A stretch of 32,000 nucleotides of DNA from Candidatus Saccharimonadota bacterium. GTDB taxonomy: Bacteria > Pseudomonadota > Gammaproteobacteria > Enterobacterales > Enterobacteriaceae. A program made the translations under genes and the position numbers. The notes beneath the pieces are model-generated. The model saw only the letters and a list, made by a program, of their open reading frames with translations. It was not told the origin of the DNA and did no database searches. Position 1 is the first letter of the stretch, and every line of letters starts with the position of its first letter. Positions 31,540 to 32,000 of this stretch are shown here, one piece after another. The stretch spans positions 630,001-662,000 of the forward strand of contig NZ_CP097762.1 in NCBI RefSeq assembly GCF_023585745.1. The letters run 5' to 3'.

Positions 31540-31680
31540 GTAATATTTAAATATTTAACGCATCTAATCATTGGTAGATGATATAAAATTGTGGTTATTT
31601 TTATTTTCTAAAACTATATATCTATAATAGATTTTATTTTTAGATTTTTATAAAGAACATAATTTAGTGTTTTAGTAAAA

Positions 31681-32000
31681 TTAACATCTTTTCATCATAT
31701 TGAAAAATTCGTCATTGGTTTTAGTCATAGATAATTTGTTCATCATAAATTCCATAGCGTCTATTTCGCTCATTGGATGAATAATTTTACGTAAGATCCA
31801 TATTTTTTGTAGTTCGTCTTGAGTTGTGAGTAGTTCTTCTTTTCTAGTGCCAGATCGGTTATAATCAATTGCTGGAAAAACACGTTTTTCAGCTATTTTT
31901 CGTGACAAATGCAATTCCATATTTCCAGTGCCTTTAAATTCTTCATAAATAACTTCGTCCATTTTTGATCCAGTATCAATTAACGCGGTTGCTATAATAG
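31681..32000 (-). CDS. rho: Transcription termination factor Rho (3' portion; continues off the right edge)
   Basis: ...[84 protein letters not shown]...MMKRC is near-identical to the E. coli Rho C-terminus. The frame stays open to position 32000, so the Met at 31962 is internal. Confidence 0.97.
   Translation of the reverse strand, partial: IIATALIDTGSKMDEVIYEEFKGTGNMELHLSRKIAEKRVFPAIDYNRSGTRKEELLTTQDELQKIWILRKIIHPMSEIDAMEFMMNKLSMTKTNDEFFNMMKRC

Noticed and set aside
1-32000. Search for mobile elements, CRISPR arrays, toxin-antitoxin or defence genes, prophage remnants, rRNA, tmRNA, RNase P RNA and other structured RNAs in the spacers.
   Set aside because: There are no transposase or integrase-like ORFs, no terminal inverted repeats flanking a block, and no regularly spaced repeats. 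Outside the four tRNAs there are no G+C-rich structured islands such as T-arm GTTCRA motifs. By eye I cannot exclude a highly degraded or very AT-rich sRNA.

Overview
This window is very AT-rich. Hand tallies put the spacers at about 17-21% G+C, and the coding DNA is somewhat higher. It looks like chromosome from a genome-reduced enterobacterial insect endosymbiont (Blochmannia- or Wigglesworthia-like); the exact taxon needs a database search. I can support 26 intact housekeeping CDS, the first 7 codons of rpoC at the left edge, a 3' portion of rho at the right edge, and a four-tRNA operon.

Gene order, left to right:
- Minus strand: rpoC' <- rpoB <- rplL <- rplJ <- rplA <- rplK <- nusG <- secE <- tuf <- fusA <- rpsG <- rpsL.
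- A 1.7 kb gene-free spacer.
- Minus strand: pabA, trpS, rpe, aroB, aroK.
- A 1.3 kb spacer.
- nfuA (+), asd (-), yhgN (+).
- Minus strand: yigL, corA.
- A 1.1 kb spacer.
- Minus strand: yigB, dapF.
- hemC and hemD (+).
- Minus strand: proM, leuT, hisR, argX tRNA genes, then rho.

Only about 70% of the window is coding by my sum of feature lengths. Four spacers of 0.65-1.7 kb have no ORF of 60 aa or more in any frame. They sit where E. coli K-12 carries many genes, so I read them as eroded gene graveyards.

I found no mobile element, CRISPR array, defence or toxin locus, secondary-metabolite cluster or rRNA. I did not find a convincing undescribed multi-gene system, and by gene content this is an ordinary core region.

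Observations most worth a second look:
1. Neutral sites are strongly G+T-rich on the + strand, yet 23 of 27 CDS, including rpoBC, the r-protein genes, tuf and fusA, are on the - strand.
2. A single tuf joins the str operon to the secE-nusG-rplKAJL-rpoBC cluster.
3. Long perfect AT-rich inverted repeats are concentrated at gene ends and in spacers.
4. In-frame poly(A) tracts of 9-11 nt occur in essential genes.
5. None of the four tRNA genes encodes CCA.
6. Possible relics of fkpA, slyX and a terminator lie inside the 1.7 kb spacer.
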